The notes: generated by a model not told the origin, from the letters alone. A DNA stretch of 43,307 nucleotides from Octopus bimaculoides (GCF_001194135.2 NC_068986.1:60232219-60275525); one strand, 5' to 3'; shown: positions 9,430 through 22,211, counted from the first letter of the stretch. Program-made: numbers and translations.

Positions 9430-11110
9430 AGCTGCATCAAAGTATTTCTTTCAAAGAACCCTCAACAAAATTAGGCAACTTCAATGACAGAGACGGATCT
9501 GATTCTGAAAGTTGATACATTTGCTGATGTCACTACAGAATTGGTCAGTGAAAATGGTCAATACCTTCTAATGTGCTCCTATCACAACTTACATGTCACT
9601 AGCCTCATAATAGAATATCCTATAAAACCAAACAGTCTCTACTCTAACAACAGTTAGACCATATCTTTCTTAATCAAGAAGTTTTGGGTGACCCGGTCAT
9701 AACCAAAACACATACTTTATGACACAGACCATTCGTCAAGCTACAACCTGAGAAGTTTCACAAGATAAACAAAAGGGGATATGCATAAAATGTACTAAAG
9801 GCAGCAAACACTGAAATGTTTTCCTACTTCAACATATTTCTTTCAGTCACCATTCAAGGAAATTGTAAAACATAAAATACCATACAACATAGGGATAACC
9901 TTATAACAGTCACTCACACTGCCAAAATAGAAACTTTTGAAAGAAAAAAAGCATACAGTCAATGAGAACAACACAGCTTAGATCTTGCCATTGCTGTCAA
10001 AGAAGACTTTCAAGCCTCCAAAAACTTACTTTTTACAGACAACTACTAATGACTAGAAGCAGAATTCTGGAACTGTACAAATCTAGAACAATGATCTGTG
10101 TTTTTTTTTTTTATAATTATAGTTGGCAAACTCTTCCTTTGAATGGTTTCTCCAAAGGTTTCCAATACTGACAGTGTATGTTCTGAATGGTGATGTGGCT
10201 TCCGAACCAAGAGGTTCACTACTGATATGATATTTTCATTGCACCAACTTCAATAAGTGTTGAGAGAAGAATCAACCTCCTTGTATTTAGTCTTCATAAC
10301 CCCAACAAAGCCTTTGGAGTCTTCAGTTGAAGTAGCCCCTTTAAGATGTTACTATTTATTGGTTGTCCATCTAACCTACTAACATCATGAGGTTTTTTTC
10401 ATGGCATTGTGCAGTTTGAAGTATGTTTAAGGATTTTGGAGTGATAAGTGAAGTAAAGCAAGAATGTGTTTCCACTCTAAATCTTTTTGGTATCTTTTTT
10501 GTGCAGCTCTTGAAACACCCCTTCCAGTCCTCAATGAAGGACTTATATGCATTAAGATAAAAATGCAAGAGACCTAAAGTAGTACATAAATTTGACCTTG
10601 TGGTGAGCAACAAATTTAATTAGTTATATCTATTTATCACCCAAAGAGACTCATCTGCTCTACCAAGATGCTCCTGAACCAGTTGTTAAGTGTCCCACCC
10701 ATGAGGGGTTGATGCTAGATGTGTTGAAACAATTACTGTCATTAATAAAAATTCTCATATACTGAGCTTGTGTTCTCAATACATTTCTTTATAGCAGTGA
10801 GTTATGGACAAAATACTCTTTACAAGAATACCAACGTCATGTATTCTAAACAAGGTGTCTGTGCAGAATGCTTAAAATTAAAAGCAGAACAAGATCTGCA
10901 ATGCTGATGTACATACTATGAAAAGCATCTCTATGCTCCCCTTCTTGTGTCAATGACTATTTTGATGTCTTGAACATATCTGTCATATTATAGATGATGG
11001 TTGTATTCCAAGAGGACTATTCTATCATCATCTGGTATCTGGGAAGAAAGGCAAAGCCTGGCTGTACCTAAAATACAAGGATCTGCATAAGCGTGACATG
11101 AAAGTGACAC
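9430..11110 (+). mobile_element. Old, heavily decayed RTE-clade LINE (APE, RT and C-terminal remnants)
   Basis: LGNFNDRDGSD (APE, GDFNA-like); KDFGVISEVKQECV..LFGIFF..LLKH (RT QG motif); DDGCIPRGLFY..GKKGKAWLYLKYKDLHKRDMK (RTE C-terminus). Many stops; interrupted by repeat B. Confidence 0.7.
10623..10761. repeat. Unclassified dispersed repeat B, copy 2 (inside the old RTE)
   Basis: See 6579-6723. Confidence 0.8.
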
Positions 11111-11344
11111 ATAAAAGCTGTTCTGAGAATAGGACTATGAAAACAACGAATATCAAAAGGATAAAAAGCAAACAATGATACTTTCATACACTAAAGCTAG
11201 ATACATTCAGTATTATTTAAACAGTTTTCAGTGAATACTTCTTTCAAATTATGTATAGTCATTCACAAGGGAAGTTTATTCATATTTTACAAAGAATGCA
11301 ATGAAACATAACCAAATATCATAAACTGATTAAAGTAATTGACA

Positions 11345-11455
11345 CCTATTTTATCGACTCCAGTAGTATGAAAGACAAAATTTATTCCAACAGGAATCAA
11401 ACTTAAAACTTAAAGAAATCTAGTAAAGTGTTTTGTCATGCACTGTACCACCAAT
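11345..11455 (-). mobile_element. Degenerate SINE family 1 fragment
   Basis: TATTTTATCGACTCC..ATGAAAGACAAAAT..GGAATCAAACT resembles the reverse strand of SINE family 1. Confidence 0.45.
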
Positions 11456-12208
11456 CTGTCACCCACAGGGTTTTTGTTAGATGAAATATTAACATCACAG
11501 TAATAGACATATAAATCCTGTCATCATTGCTGACAAATACCATCAAGATTATGTTAAAAGGCAAGTGATGTACATGTTGGATGGATTGTCAACTATGATG
11601 ATAACATAAGAGTTGGCAACAACATAAAATTGGGTTGGAGGAGGACTAAATGTTGAGGATATGAAATATTTAGAACATTGAAATATTCACAAGATTGAAT
11701 ATTCAAACCCAAAGTTGAAGGAAAAAAACGGAAGTCTGAAAGCAGAGGAAACAATCAACACCAGTAGACTGAATATTACTATGGTATGTCAAAGGCATTA
11801 TTTCAGGCAGAGTAAATGGGACATTAATAACTTGTAAGGTCAAACAATAACAAGTAGCTTATTAAGAGAGACATGAAGGGAAAGAGAAGCGGAGAGAGAG
11901 AGAGAGAGAGAGAAGACTGAATGGCAGAAAGAAAGGAAATGTAAAAACGAAAAGCAGACATACAAACAGGCTAAAAGGGCCAATTTATACTTAAATGACA
12001 TATGTGTTCATGCACACATGCACACATACAAATACAAGTACATATACATGCTTATATGCACTTCCAAGTGCAGGGTTTGAGAGTGTATGTGTATATGTAT
12101 ATATATGTCCGTGCACGTGTGAGAGTGAAAGGAGAGCTACACGCATTAATAAAAAATATGTATGCAAATGTTTCTCTTTCTATCATTCCTCTCATTCACT
12201 CTCTCTTT

Positions 12209-12274
<66 letters not shown>

Positions 12275-12499
12275 ATATATATATACGTTTGCTTCAGTAA
12301 GGCCCAACACTTGAAAGGTGCTTTTTACATGCCAGTTACGTGACACCCACATATACACATGCGTGCATGTACACACACACACACACAACCATCCTCATCA
12401 ACAGACATTAAATGATAATAATGATGTGTGTGTGCGTGTGTGCATGTGTGTGTGTGTGTGTGTGCATGTGCACATATGTATATGTTAGTGTCACATAAC

Positions 12500-12895
12500 T
12501 GGTATTCATGCCTGTGGCACATAAAAAGCACTTTTCGAGTGTTGGGCCTTAGAGGTAATGTGGCTAATGTTAGTGTCACGTTACTAGCACCCATGCTGGT
12601 GGCATGTAAAAAGCACCTTCTGAACACTGGGCTTCACAGAGGCAATGACAAATGACATGCTTGAGAAGCCCCATCAAACCAAGTGAAATCATAGTCATGG
12701 AGGATATTGGTGTCATGCAAAGTGACACCCATGCCATTCATTCTCGAAGTGGTTGGTGTTAGGAGAGGCATCCAGCCATTGAAACCATGCCAAATCAGAC
12801 TAGAATCTGGTTCAGCCCCTCAGCCCCACTCAAACCATTCAACCCATGCCAGCATGGACAATGGAGATTAAATGATGATGATGATGATGATGATA
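12500..12895 (+). mobile_element. RTE 3' UTR-derived element with (GAT)n tail
   Basis: TGGCATGTAAAAAGCACC units, GAAGTGGTTGGTGTTAGGAGAGGCATCCAG and CCCATGCCAGCATGGA, then (ATG)n. Confidence 0.75.
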
Positions 12896-13083
12896 TTATA
12901 TATGTGTGTGTGTGTATGTGTGTAGCGAAATTGTAACTATCTTTTGAGTGATGAGGAATAAGCTACATAGTTTCTGTTTGTTATGTTTTTGTAAACTTTT
13001 GTTTGTTGTGTTGTTAACTTTTTAAAATATATATATATATACATGCACACACAGACACATATATATATATGTAATATGCAGTA

Positions 13084-13122
<39 letters not shown>

Positions 13123-14076
13123 NNNNNNNNNNNNNNNNNNNNNNNNNNNNNNNNNNNNNNNNNNNNNNNNNNNNNNNNNNNNNNNNNNNNNNNNNNNNNN
13201 NNNNNNNNNNNNNNNNNNNNNNNNNNNNNNNNNNNNNNNNNNNNNNNNNNNNNNNNNNNNNNNNNNNNNNNNNNNNNNNNNNNNNNNNNNNNNNNNNNNN
13301 NNNNNNNNNNNNNNNNNNNNNNNNNNNNNNNNNNNNNNNNNNNNNNNNNNNNNNNNNNNNNNNNNNNNNNNNNNNNNNNNNNNNNNNNNNNNNNNNNNNN
13401 NNNNNNNNNNNNNNNNNNNNNNNNNNNNNNNNNNNNNNNNNNNNNNNNNNNNNNNNNNNNNNNNNNNNNNNNNNNNNNNNNNNNNNNNNNNNNNNNNNNN
13501 NNNNNNNNNNNNNNNNNNNNNNNNNNNNNNNNNNNNNNNNNNNNNNNNNNNNNNNNNNNNNNNNNNNNNNNNNNNNNNNNNNNNNNNNNNNNNNNNNNNN
13601 NNNNNNNNNNNNNNNNNNNNNNNNNNNNNNNNNNNNNNNNNNNNNNNNNNNNNNNNNNNNNNNNNNNNNNNNNNNNNNNNNNNNNNNNNNNNNNNNNNNN
13701 NNNNNNNNNNNNNNNNNNNNNNNNNNNNNNNNNNNNNNNNNNNNNNNNNNNNNNNNNNNNNNNNNNNNNNNNNNNNNNNNNNNNNNNNNNNNNNNNNNNN
13801 NNNNNNNNNNNNNNNNNNNNNNNNNNNNNNNNNNNNNNNNNNNNNNNNNNNNNNNNNNNNNNNNNNNNNNNNNNNNNNNNNNNNNNNNNNNNNNNNNNNN
13901 NNNNNNNNNNNNNNNNNNNNNNNNNNNNNNNNNNNNNNNNNNNNNNNNNNNNNNNNNNNNNNNNNNNNNNNNNNNNNNNNNNNNNNNNNNNNNNNNNNNN
14001 NNNNNNNNNNNNNNNNNNNNNNNNNNNNNNNNNNNNNNNNNNNNNNNNNNNNNNNNNNNNNNNNNNNNNNNNNNNN
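13123..14076. other. Assembly gap (others: 2423-2495, 15381-15835, 16843-17663, 32318-32759, 37131-37538, 38616-39422, 41837-42380)
   Basis: Runs of N; all but 15381 start right after an (AT)n tract. Confidence 1.
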
Positions 14077-14104
14077 ATATATATCTAATTATTGTTCTAC
14101 TTAC

Positions 14105-14218
14105 GATTTGACGAGTAGCTATATTTTTGAATAGAACTTATTTTCGATAATTTCAATTGATTTTAATCGATTTAAATTTCTTTTCTATTTGAAAATTGGT
14201 TATGAAACACGTGTAATC
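14105..14218 (+). ncRNA. Hammerhead-like motif, U at core position 3, ~90-nt stem II
   Basis: GAT-TTGACGA-GTAGCT..TTTTGAATAGAA..TTCTATTTGAAAA..GGTTAT-GAAA-C-ACGT-G-TA-ATC. Confidence 0.55.
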
Positions 14219-14399
14219 TTTTTATTATATTTATCTTATGATATTTACTTTACTTTATATTATACTCATTTATTGTGCTTTTAATTATTAATTTTTCTAT
14301 ATGTGATAGTGGATTTTCATCGATGAGTTCTTGAAAATTGGTTATTTTCCCTAAAACTACATATATATATATATACATATATATATACATACATATATA

Positions 14400-14650
14400 C
14401 ACATATATATAATAATGATATAAATAATATATAAATATATGCATATATCCATACATATATGTACATACCTACATTTATATTTATACATACATGCATATAT
14501 GGGTACAAGACATAAAAAAAACGTTAAACCCAATGAGAAACGAAAACATAAAGACGAAAACATAGAAAACGAACTTTTTTCGGACACTGAAATAAACAGA
14601 GAAACGAGACATGCAACATAAAGAGTATACCCCTTCGTCAGTTGTCCCTG
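14400..14650. mobile_element. Repeat family A fragment
   Basis: High identity to 140-375; ends at CCTTCGTCAGTTGTCCCTG. Confidence 0.8.
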
Positions 14651-14706
14651 TACATGCATACACACACACATACATATATAATATATATAGATATATGTAT
14701 ATATAG

Positions 14707-15030
14707 GATGCACAGGTGTGGCTGTATGATAAGTTTGCTTCTCAAATAACATGATTCCAGGTTCAGTCCCACTACATGACACCTTGGGCAAGTGTCTTTT
14801 ACTATAGTCTCGGGCTAGCCAAAGCCTTGTACGTGGATTTGGTAGAACTCTTGTTGTCTGTGTGTTTTTATCCCCAACCAGTGTTGGTATGTTTACATCC
14901 CCGTAACTTAGCAGTTCGGCAAATGAGTCCTATAGAATAAGTACCGGGCTTTAAAAACTTTGACTAAAAATTCTTCAAGATGGTGCCCAGCATGACCACA
15001 CTTTAATGATAGAAACAATTAAAAGATAGG
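14707..15030 (+). mobile_element. tRNA-derived SINE family 2 (head plus shared tail)
   Basis: GTGTGGCTGTATG A-box-like, GGTTCAGTCCC B-box-like, CACCTTGGGCAAGTGTCT core; homologous to 16561-16725. Confidence 0.8.
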
Positions 15031-15049
15031 ATATATCAAAAAGGATCAA

Positions 15050-15275
15050 AGGTCCTCCCCATGCCATCAGCTCATAAGACCAGTTTCCTGGATTCTGTGG
15101 CGTGTATGTTCCCCCACTGGATGAGACAGCAGGACGTTGAAGGATTGTTCATTTTTGCCAGCTGAGTAGACAAGAGCAAAGTTAAGTGAAATGTTTTGGT
15201 CAAGAATACAATGCATCACCCGGTCCAGGAATCAAAACGATCATGAGTGTAACACCATAATCACTAAGCCACTCG
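15050..15275 (-). mobile_element. tRNA-derived SINE family 3 (degenerate)
   Basis: Minus strand: GAGTGGCTTAGTG A-box-like, TTGATTCCC B-box remnant, TTCTTGACCAAAACATTTCAC..CTCAGCTGGCAAAAATGA central domain. Confidence 0.6.
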
Positions 15276-15304
15276 ATTTCACACACACACACATACACAC
15301 ACAC

Positions 15305-15339
<35 letters not shown>

Positions 15340-15835
15340 TACATACATACACACATATATATCATACATATACATATCCCNNNNNNNNNNNNNNNNNNNN
15401 NNNNNNNNNNNNNNNNNNNNNNNNNNNNNNNNNNNNNNNNNNNNNNNNNNNNNNNNNNNNNNNNNNNNNNNNNNNNNNNNNNNNNNNNNNNNNNNNNNNN
15501 NNNNNNNNNNNNNNNNNNNNNNNNNNNNNNNNNNNNNNNNNNNNNNNNNNNNNNNNNNNNNNNNNNNNNNNNNNNNNNNNNNNNNNNNNNNNNNNNNNNN
15601 NNNNNNNNNNNNNNNNNNNNNNNNNNNNNNNNNNNNNNNNNNNNNNNNNNNNNNNNNNNNNNNNNNNNNNNNNNNNNNNNNNNNNNNNNNNNNNNNNNNN
15701 NNNNNNNNNNNNNNNNNNNNNNNNNNNNNNNNNNNNNNNNNNNNNNNNNNNNNNNNNNNNNNNNNNNNNNNNNNNNNNNNNNNNNNNNNNNNNNNNNNNN
15801 NNNNNNNNNNNNNNNNNNNNNNNNNNNNNNNNNNN

Positions 15836-16025
15836 ATGAGGGAAAAAATCGGATCGTGTGAATTTTCCCAAAATTCTCTCTCTACCCATTCGGAAAAAAT
15901 TTTTCCCCACAATTTTTTCTATAATTGTAATCTATACCGTTTGAAAGGCATTTATATAATTTCATTGGAAGATATACATTTTCCTGAAAGTTATGAGGGA
16001 AAAAATCAGATCGTGTAAATTTTCC
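15836..16025. repeat. 157-bp period tandem repeat emerging from an assembly gap
   Basis: ATGAGGGAAAAAATC(G/A)GATCGTGT(G/A)AATTTTCC at 15836 and 15993. Confidence 0.75.
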
Positions 16026-16250
16026 GAAAGTCCTCTCCTCACCCCCATCCTAGTTCGTTTGCGCAAATTTTGGTTTTCAGATTTGCTTACTACACATTTT
16101 GTTACACCTATGACACTTCTATTTTTTTTTTTTTGTGACCTGGTGTTAAACTAGATATTCTTTTCAGTTCTATATTTAAGAGATGAGGAATTATGTACAT
16201 TATTTACATCATTTACATTCGACGGATATTTATCCTTATCTTGTTTGTTA

Positions 16251-16294
16251 ACACAACTTTTCGGCTGATATACCCTCCAGCCTTCTTCAGGTGT
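16251..16294 (-). ncRNA. Minimal hammerhead motif with mutated stem III, within a PLE-type pseudo-LTR fragment
   Basis: Minus strand: ACAC-CTGAAGA-A-GGCTG-GAGGGTATAT-CAGCC-GAAA-AG-TT-GTGT. Stems I and II are perfect; AG sits where CG would give a palindromic ACGT. Confidence 0.7.
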
Positions 16295-16560
16295 CTTGGG
16301 AAAATTTGCAAACTTTGATAGGTATTAACTTTTTATTTATAAATTTATAGCAAAATGAATTTCATTTCCACAATTAGCATATTCAACTACACCAATACAC
16401 AAAATCTGAAATCATTTGGGACAAAATTGAAGGAATTGAAAAGTGAAAGCAAAACAGGAAAGATCCTGAGAGATTTCTCAGTTTTCATTTCCATCTTCAT
16501 TGAATTTAAACATAGCAGTGAATTACTTAACAAGATTTCAAACAGTGTGTCCGATTGGTA

Positions 16561-16725
16561 AGGCGCGAGTATTGCTGTGTGGTAAGAAGTTTGCTTCCCA
16601 ACCACGTGGTTCTGGATTCAGTCTCACTGTGTAATACCTTGGGCTAGTGTCTTCTACTATAGTTTCGGGCCGACCAAAGCCTTGTGAGTGGATTTGGCAG
16701 ACGGAAACTGAAAGAAGTCCGTCAT
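16561..16725 (+). mobile_element. tRNA-derived SINE family 2
   Basis: GCTGTGTGGTAAG A-box-like, GGATTCAGTCTC B-box-like, CCTTGGGCTAGTGTCTTCTACTATAG..GGAAACTGAAAGAAG. Confidence 0.85.
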
Positions 16726-17744
16726 ACATACTTACGCACTCACACACACACATACACACATGTGAGCTGTTTACATATGTGTGTGCGTGTGCGTATTTTG
16801 TCTGTGATTGTTCTCCACCTATATATATATATATATATATATNNNNNNNNNNNNNNNNNNNNNNNNNNNNNNNNNNNNNNNNNNNNNNNNNNNNNNNNNN
16901 NNNNNNNNNNNNNNNNNNNNNNNNNNNNNNNNNNNNNNNNNNNNNNNNNNNNNNNNNNNNNNNNNNNNNNNNNNNNNNNNNNNNNNNNNNNNNNNNNNNN
17001 NNNNNNNNNNNNNNNNNNNNNNNNNNNNNNNNNNNNNNNNNNNNNNNNNNNNNNNNNNNNNNNNNNNNNNNNNNNNNNNNNNNNNNNNNNNNNNNNNNNN
17101 NNNNNNNNNNNNNNNNNNNNNNNNNNNNNNNNNNNNNNNNNNNNNNNNNNNNNNNNNNNNNNNNNNNNNNNNNNNNNNNNNNNNNNNNNNNNNNNNNNNN
17201 NNNNNNNNNNNNNNNNNNNNNNNNNNNNNNNNNNNNNNNNNNNNNNNNNNNNNNNNNNNNNNNNNNNNNNNNNNNNNNNNNNNNNNNNNNNNNNNNNNNN
17301 NNNNNNNNNNNNNNNNNNNNNNNNNNNNNNNNNNNNNNNNNNNNNNNNNNNNNNNNNNNNNNNNNNNNNNNNNNNNNNNNNNNNNNNNNNNNNNNNNNNN
17401 NNNNNNNNNNNNNNNNNNNNNNNNNNNNNNNNNNNNNNNNNNNNNNNNNNNNNNNNNNNNNNNNNNNNNNNNNNNNNNNNNNNNNNNNNNNNNNNNNNNN
17501 NNNNNNNNNNNNNNNNNNNNNNNNNNNNNNNNNNNNNNNNNNNNNNNNNNNNNNNNNNNNNNNNNNNNNNNNNNNNNNNNNNNNNNNNNNNNNNNNNNNN
17601 NNNNNNNNNNNNNNNNNNNNNNNNNNNNNNNNNNNNNNNNNNNNNNNNNNNNNNNNNNNNNNNTATATATATATATATATATATATATTCTTTTATCTTT
17701 GCTTTTACTTCTTTTAGCCATTCAAAGGTTGCTAAATGTGGAGA

Positions 17745-19440
17745 ATGACTGAGAGAAGCAGAGTATGCCAAATGCTGATCCAACTGAGGGGCTGGCTATC
17801 CGAATCCACAGTAGCTTGGTAGATAAAGCAATGAAGGATATGAAAACAGGAAAAGCTCTCGGCCCACCAGGAGAATATAGCCTAGTCACCCGTATAGTTA
17901 ATCAGGTTGTCCCCGAAGAAGTCATATTCAATGACTGTTTTATAGTAAATTGCAGCATTATAGTCAATTGCTAAAAAGGCAAAGGTGATGCCTTAGACAC
18001 GAATAATTACAGAAGCATCAAATTGCTAGACCAGGTGATGAAAGTCACAGAAAGGGTCACAGCTCAACTAATTAGGAATAGAGTTAACGTAGATGAGATG
18101 CAGTTCGGATTTGTATCAGGTAGGAGAATGACTGATGCTATATTCCTGGTTAAGAAACTGCAAGAGAAATATTTAGCCAAAAATAAACCTCTGTACCTAG
18201 CTTTTGTCAATATAGAGAAAGCTTTTCACAGAATCCTCGGTTCCCTTATCTGGTGGTCAATGCGGAAACTATGGATAGATGAGTGGTTAGTGAGAGCCGT
18301 ACAAGCCATGTACAGGGATTTTTCTAGAAAGGAGACGAGTATAGCAATGAATTCAGTGTACAGGAAGGAGCCCACCAAGGTTCAGTTCTCAGCCCTCTCC
18401 TGTTTATCTTAGTCCTCCAGGCCTTAACAGAGGAATTCATGACCGGATGTCCCTGGGAGCTCCTCTACGTCGATGACCTTGTTCTAATAATTGAATCACT
18501 ACGTGACCTAGAGAAGAAATTTCAGGTGTGGAACAAAATCTGGAATCTGAAAGCCTTTGGGTTAATTTAGCAACGACCAAAGTCCTAGTATGTAGGAAAA
18601 CAAACAAATCACAAGTCCCTTCAGGGAGATGGTGTTGGTAGAAACTCCATACATTGTACCCACTGCAAGCTTTGGACACATAAGAGGTGCAGCGGTATCA
18701 AAGGAAGGTTAACGGAAAATACAGTCTTTGTGTGTTTGTGTGTAGAAAATGTGCAGGCATAATAAGTACTAAAAATGCGCAGACAGTAGACTTCCTCAAA
18801 TGCTCGGATGGATCATTAGAAGTAGTAGATAGCTTCTGGTACCTGGGAGACCAAGTTAGCAGTGGGGAAGAGAGCTCTGAAAGGGTAGTTGCTAAGATAA
18901 GAACGGGCTGGACGAAGTTCAGAAAGCTCCTGCCTTTGTTGGTAATCAAGGGCCCCTTCCCTCAGAGTGACACGCAGATTGTGTGGTGCCTGTATAGTAC
19001 AGCTATGTTACATGGCAGTGAAACATGGGCTTTGACTACACAGGACATGCAACGGCTTGAAAGAAATTAAGCTAACATGCTCCGCTGGATGGGTAATGTC
19101 AATGTGCATGATGACAGAGCATAAATGATTTAAGAGGAAAACTGGATATAAGAGGCATCAGATGTTGTGTACAAGAGAGAAGACTGCGATGGTTTGGTCT
19201 AGTGATGCGTGTAGATGAGGACAGCTGCATAAAGAAGTGCCAAGCTCTAATTGTGGAGGGGTAGACTCCGGAAAACGTGGGACGAAGTGGTTCAGAAAGA
19301 TCTTCGGACGCTGAGCCTTACTGAGGACATGACAAGAGACCGGGAGATGTGGCGATTTGTTGAACTTAATAAGACACGTCAAGCTAAGTAAAATCGCTGT
19401 CTTCCACATATACAGACGTGTCCTTTCAGGTGCCGGTGCC
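17745..19440 (+). mobile_element. RTE LINE fragment (RT domain, disrupted; part of PHD-like insertion retained)
   Basis: KAMKDMKTGKALGP; MQFGFVSGRRMTDAIF; YLAFVNIEKAF; ELLYVDDL; SFWYLGDQV; TAMLHGSETW. Multiple stops and frameshifts. Confidence 0.92.
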
Positions 19441-21397
19441 AAGTCGAAGGAAGGTGCGATTAAAAATATGTTCCCTCCAACAAATATATCTACTTTACAA
19501 GCTTTTTGGGGACTTGCAAACTATTATCAGATTTTTGTACCAAATATGCACAAAATAAGAACTTTACTAAATAATTTACTAAAAAAAAAACATATGAAGT
19601 TGAACTGGTCTGAAAATTGTCAGAAGGCTTTCAACGAAATTAAAAAGATATTAATGTCAGATTTGTCTTTAGCATATTTCGATCCTGCATTGGAGATTGT
19701 ATTAGCTTCAGATGCCTCTGAGTACGGTATCGCAGCAGTAATTCTACATAAATACGAGGATGGTAACGTGAAGGCCGTGGTCCATGTTTCGCATTCTCTA
19801 CTACTAGCAGAGAAAAATTACAACCAAGTTCTAAAAGAGGCTCTAGTAATTATTTTTGCCGTAAAAAAAATTTCATAGATTCTTACAAGGTAGACGTTTT
19901 CGACTAAAGACTGACCATTGTCCATTATTATCTATGTAAGGGTCAAAGAAAGGAATTCCTACCCATACTGCTAATAGGTTGCAACGCTGGGGTACTATAT
20001 TATGAAATTACGATTTTAAGATGGAGTTTATGCCATCTAAGAAATTAGAACACGCTGATTATTTATCAAGATTGATATCAAAGCACACTGAACCGTTCGA
20101 GGATACTGTGATTGCAGCGTAGCGAGCAGAAAAAGAAATTTAAGATATTTTATGTAATTTTGTACGAGAATTACCAGAAATCAAACTAAAAGCAAGAAAT
20201 GGTGAATTTATTTTTAAAAAATAAAAGAAATTCTGAGTGCTGAAAAAAGAAATAAAGATATGCGTTTTGCAGAATGCAACACCAATTCGAACCTGTTCTC
20301 AATTTGTGACAATGTGTTAATGTATGCAAAAAGAGTGGTAGTGCCAGCCACACAACACACGAACGCTAAAAGAATTTCGCATTGGTCACTCGGGGATTTC
20401 AAGAATGAAATCGTTGATGAGAAACTATGTGTACTGACCAAGAAAGGACCGAAAGATGGAAGAACTAGTGAAAGCATGCAGAGGCTGTGCTCTAGCAGCA
20501 GAAGCACCTACCACAAAATGACAATCGTGGCCAAAAGCAGATATCTCATGGTCCAGACTGCATGTTGATTTCGCAGGTCCACTTAACGGTTCACATTACC
20601 TTGTTGTGGTAGACAGTTTTCCTCAGTGGCCTGAAATACATCGGTGTAAAAAGCCGACATCTGCGGTTACAGTAAGTTTTTTTTTTTCCACGAATTGTTC
20701 GCCAGATATGGTATTCCTGATACCATCGTGTCTGACAATGGAACTCAGGTTAATGCAAATGAGTTCAAAAAATTCTGTAAAATGTTCTCTATCAAACATG
20801 TGACCACTCTGCCGTATTATCCTAAGTCAAATGGACAAGCTGAGCGTTTTGTCAATATATTTAAGAGGGCGTTAAAGAAATCGAACAACGAAAAAACAGA
20901 TGACCTAGCACTTCAACAGTTTTTGAGGATATGTCGAGTGACACCAAATCCCAAACCTCGTCTGGAATGTCACCTGTGGAATTATTGCTCGCTAAGATTA
21001 GATCTGTGTTCGACAAACTGTTACCTGGTAAAAAAAAGGAAAATTTCGGACAACAAATATAATACCAAATTTTTCAAAATTGATGACAAAGTTTTCTTTA
21101 AAATGTATAAAAACGGTAAAGAAATGTTGGATGATGGAGTGTTTACTAAACAGATTGGGAAAATGTTATTTCTGGCAAAAGATCACAACTATGAACATAA
21201 GAGACATATAAATCAACTAAAAAAGAGGTTTACTGAGGAAATGGTTACAAGAAACGAAATTCCGATGGAAGCCTTTTATGATACGTTTGATACACCAACA
21301 CCTAAACAAATTGTAGAACTACACGTTCAAGTACGAGAAAAAGAAAACGAACAGAAGTACTTGACCCTAAACGCAAAAGATATTAAGCTCCGGGCGG
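19440..21397 (+). mobile_element. Ty3/Gypsy LTR retrotransposon pol fragment (RT connection, RNase H, integrase), Mag/K02A2.6-like; pseudogenised
   Basis: STLQAFWGLANYY; IVLASDASEYGIAAV..AEKNYNQ..EALVIIFAVKK (RNase H); HVDFAGP..VVDSF; DTIVSDNGTQ; YYPKSNGQAERF (integrase DDE). Confidence 0.92.
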
Positions 21398-22020
21398 TGT
21401 TAAATTCTCAAACCCTAACCCTTCCTCCCCCAATTACAATATAGGAAAGTTGGTTATACATCATTAGATGTATACCTGACTTTCCTAAATAAAATTAAGA
21501 ATATAACGGAACGCTGAACTCCAGACTATCAAACTATACAACATTTATTCAGGTGGTAAATATATACATCTTTAGCTCTTGTTGTTACAGCTTCTGATTG
21601 TGTGAGCATAGTTGTTGGGACGTTGTTATGTAGATGTAAGCGAGCTGTCGAGTGTAAGTCCGAAAGATGGAGAGTGACGGCTATACACGTAAAGAGACTG
21701 TCTCCAGAGTTGGGTGTTGGAGACACTTCTTGACACGTCCATGCTCTATTGCTGGCCAGCAAGAAAGAGAATGAATTGAGCGGGAACGCTTGCTTGTTTA
21801 ATTCCACGCATGCGTGAGACTACGCATGCGCACGGCGTTACTACAACAATAAATAAGAACTGAGTGAACTATCTGCGGGGGAAGTTGACGATGTTAGTTC
21901 GACCGTGCTGGTTAACTGTGTTAGTTCGACATGTGTTTGGTTTAACAGTCGGTAGTTGAACAGTGAATATTGAGTATCGTACCTACGTTCAAGTAGTATG
22001 GAACGCGTTCTGTGTTAACA
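21398..22020 (+). mobile_element. Candidate 3' LTR of the Gypsy element
   Basis: TGT start directly after the pol end and a purine-rich GGGCGG; AATAAA at ~21848; possible ..TTAACA end at 22020. No second LTR is in the window to confirm. Confidence 0.35.
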
Positions 22021-22211
22021 GATATCTCTATGATAGGTTATTTTTAGATAACCATAACCAACTATTTGTGTGATACCATTTTACGTCAGACGTGTATCTC
22101 CACGTCATAACACACGCGCACTCACATATTCATTCACATATTCATTTAACTTTTCTTTTACTTCTTTCGGTCATCAGACTGCATTCATTGTGTGTGTGTA
22201 TGTGTGTGTGC

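Noticed and set aside
11560-11850. Possible very old LINE C-terminal remnant
   Set aside because: Too degenerate to assign by eye.
13043-14134. Long ORFs in the track (also 15191-16018, 16647-17783, 31956-32812, 37087-37730, 38150-39496, 41784-42542)
   Set aside because: They are open only because they run through N gaps and (AT)n/(GT)n microsatellites.
20695-21444. 249-aa integrase ORF (and the 343-aa ORF at 40462-41493) as functional or domesticated genes
   Set aside because: They are embedded in pol remnants with frameshifts and stops, and drift off-frame at their ends.
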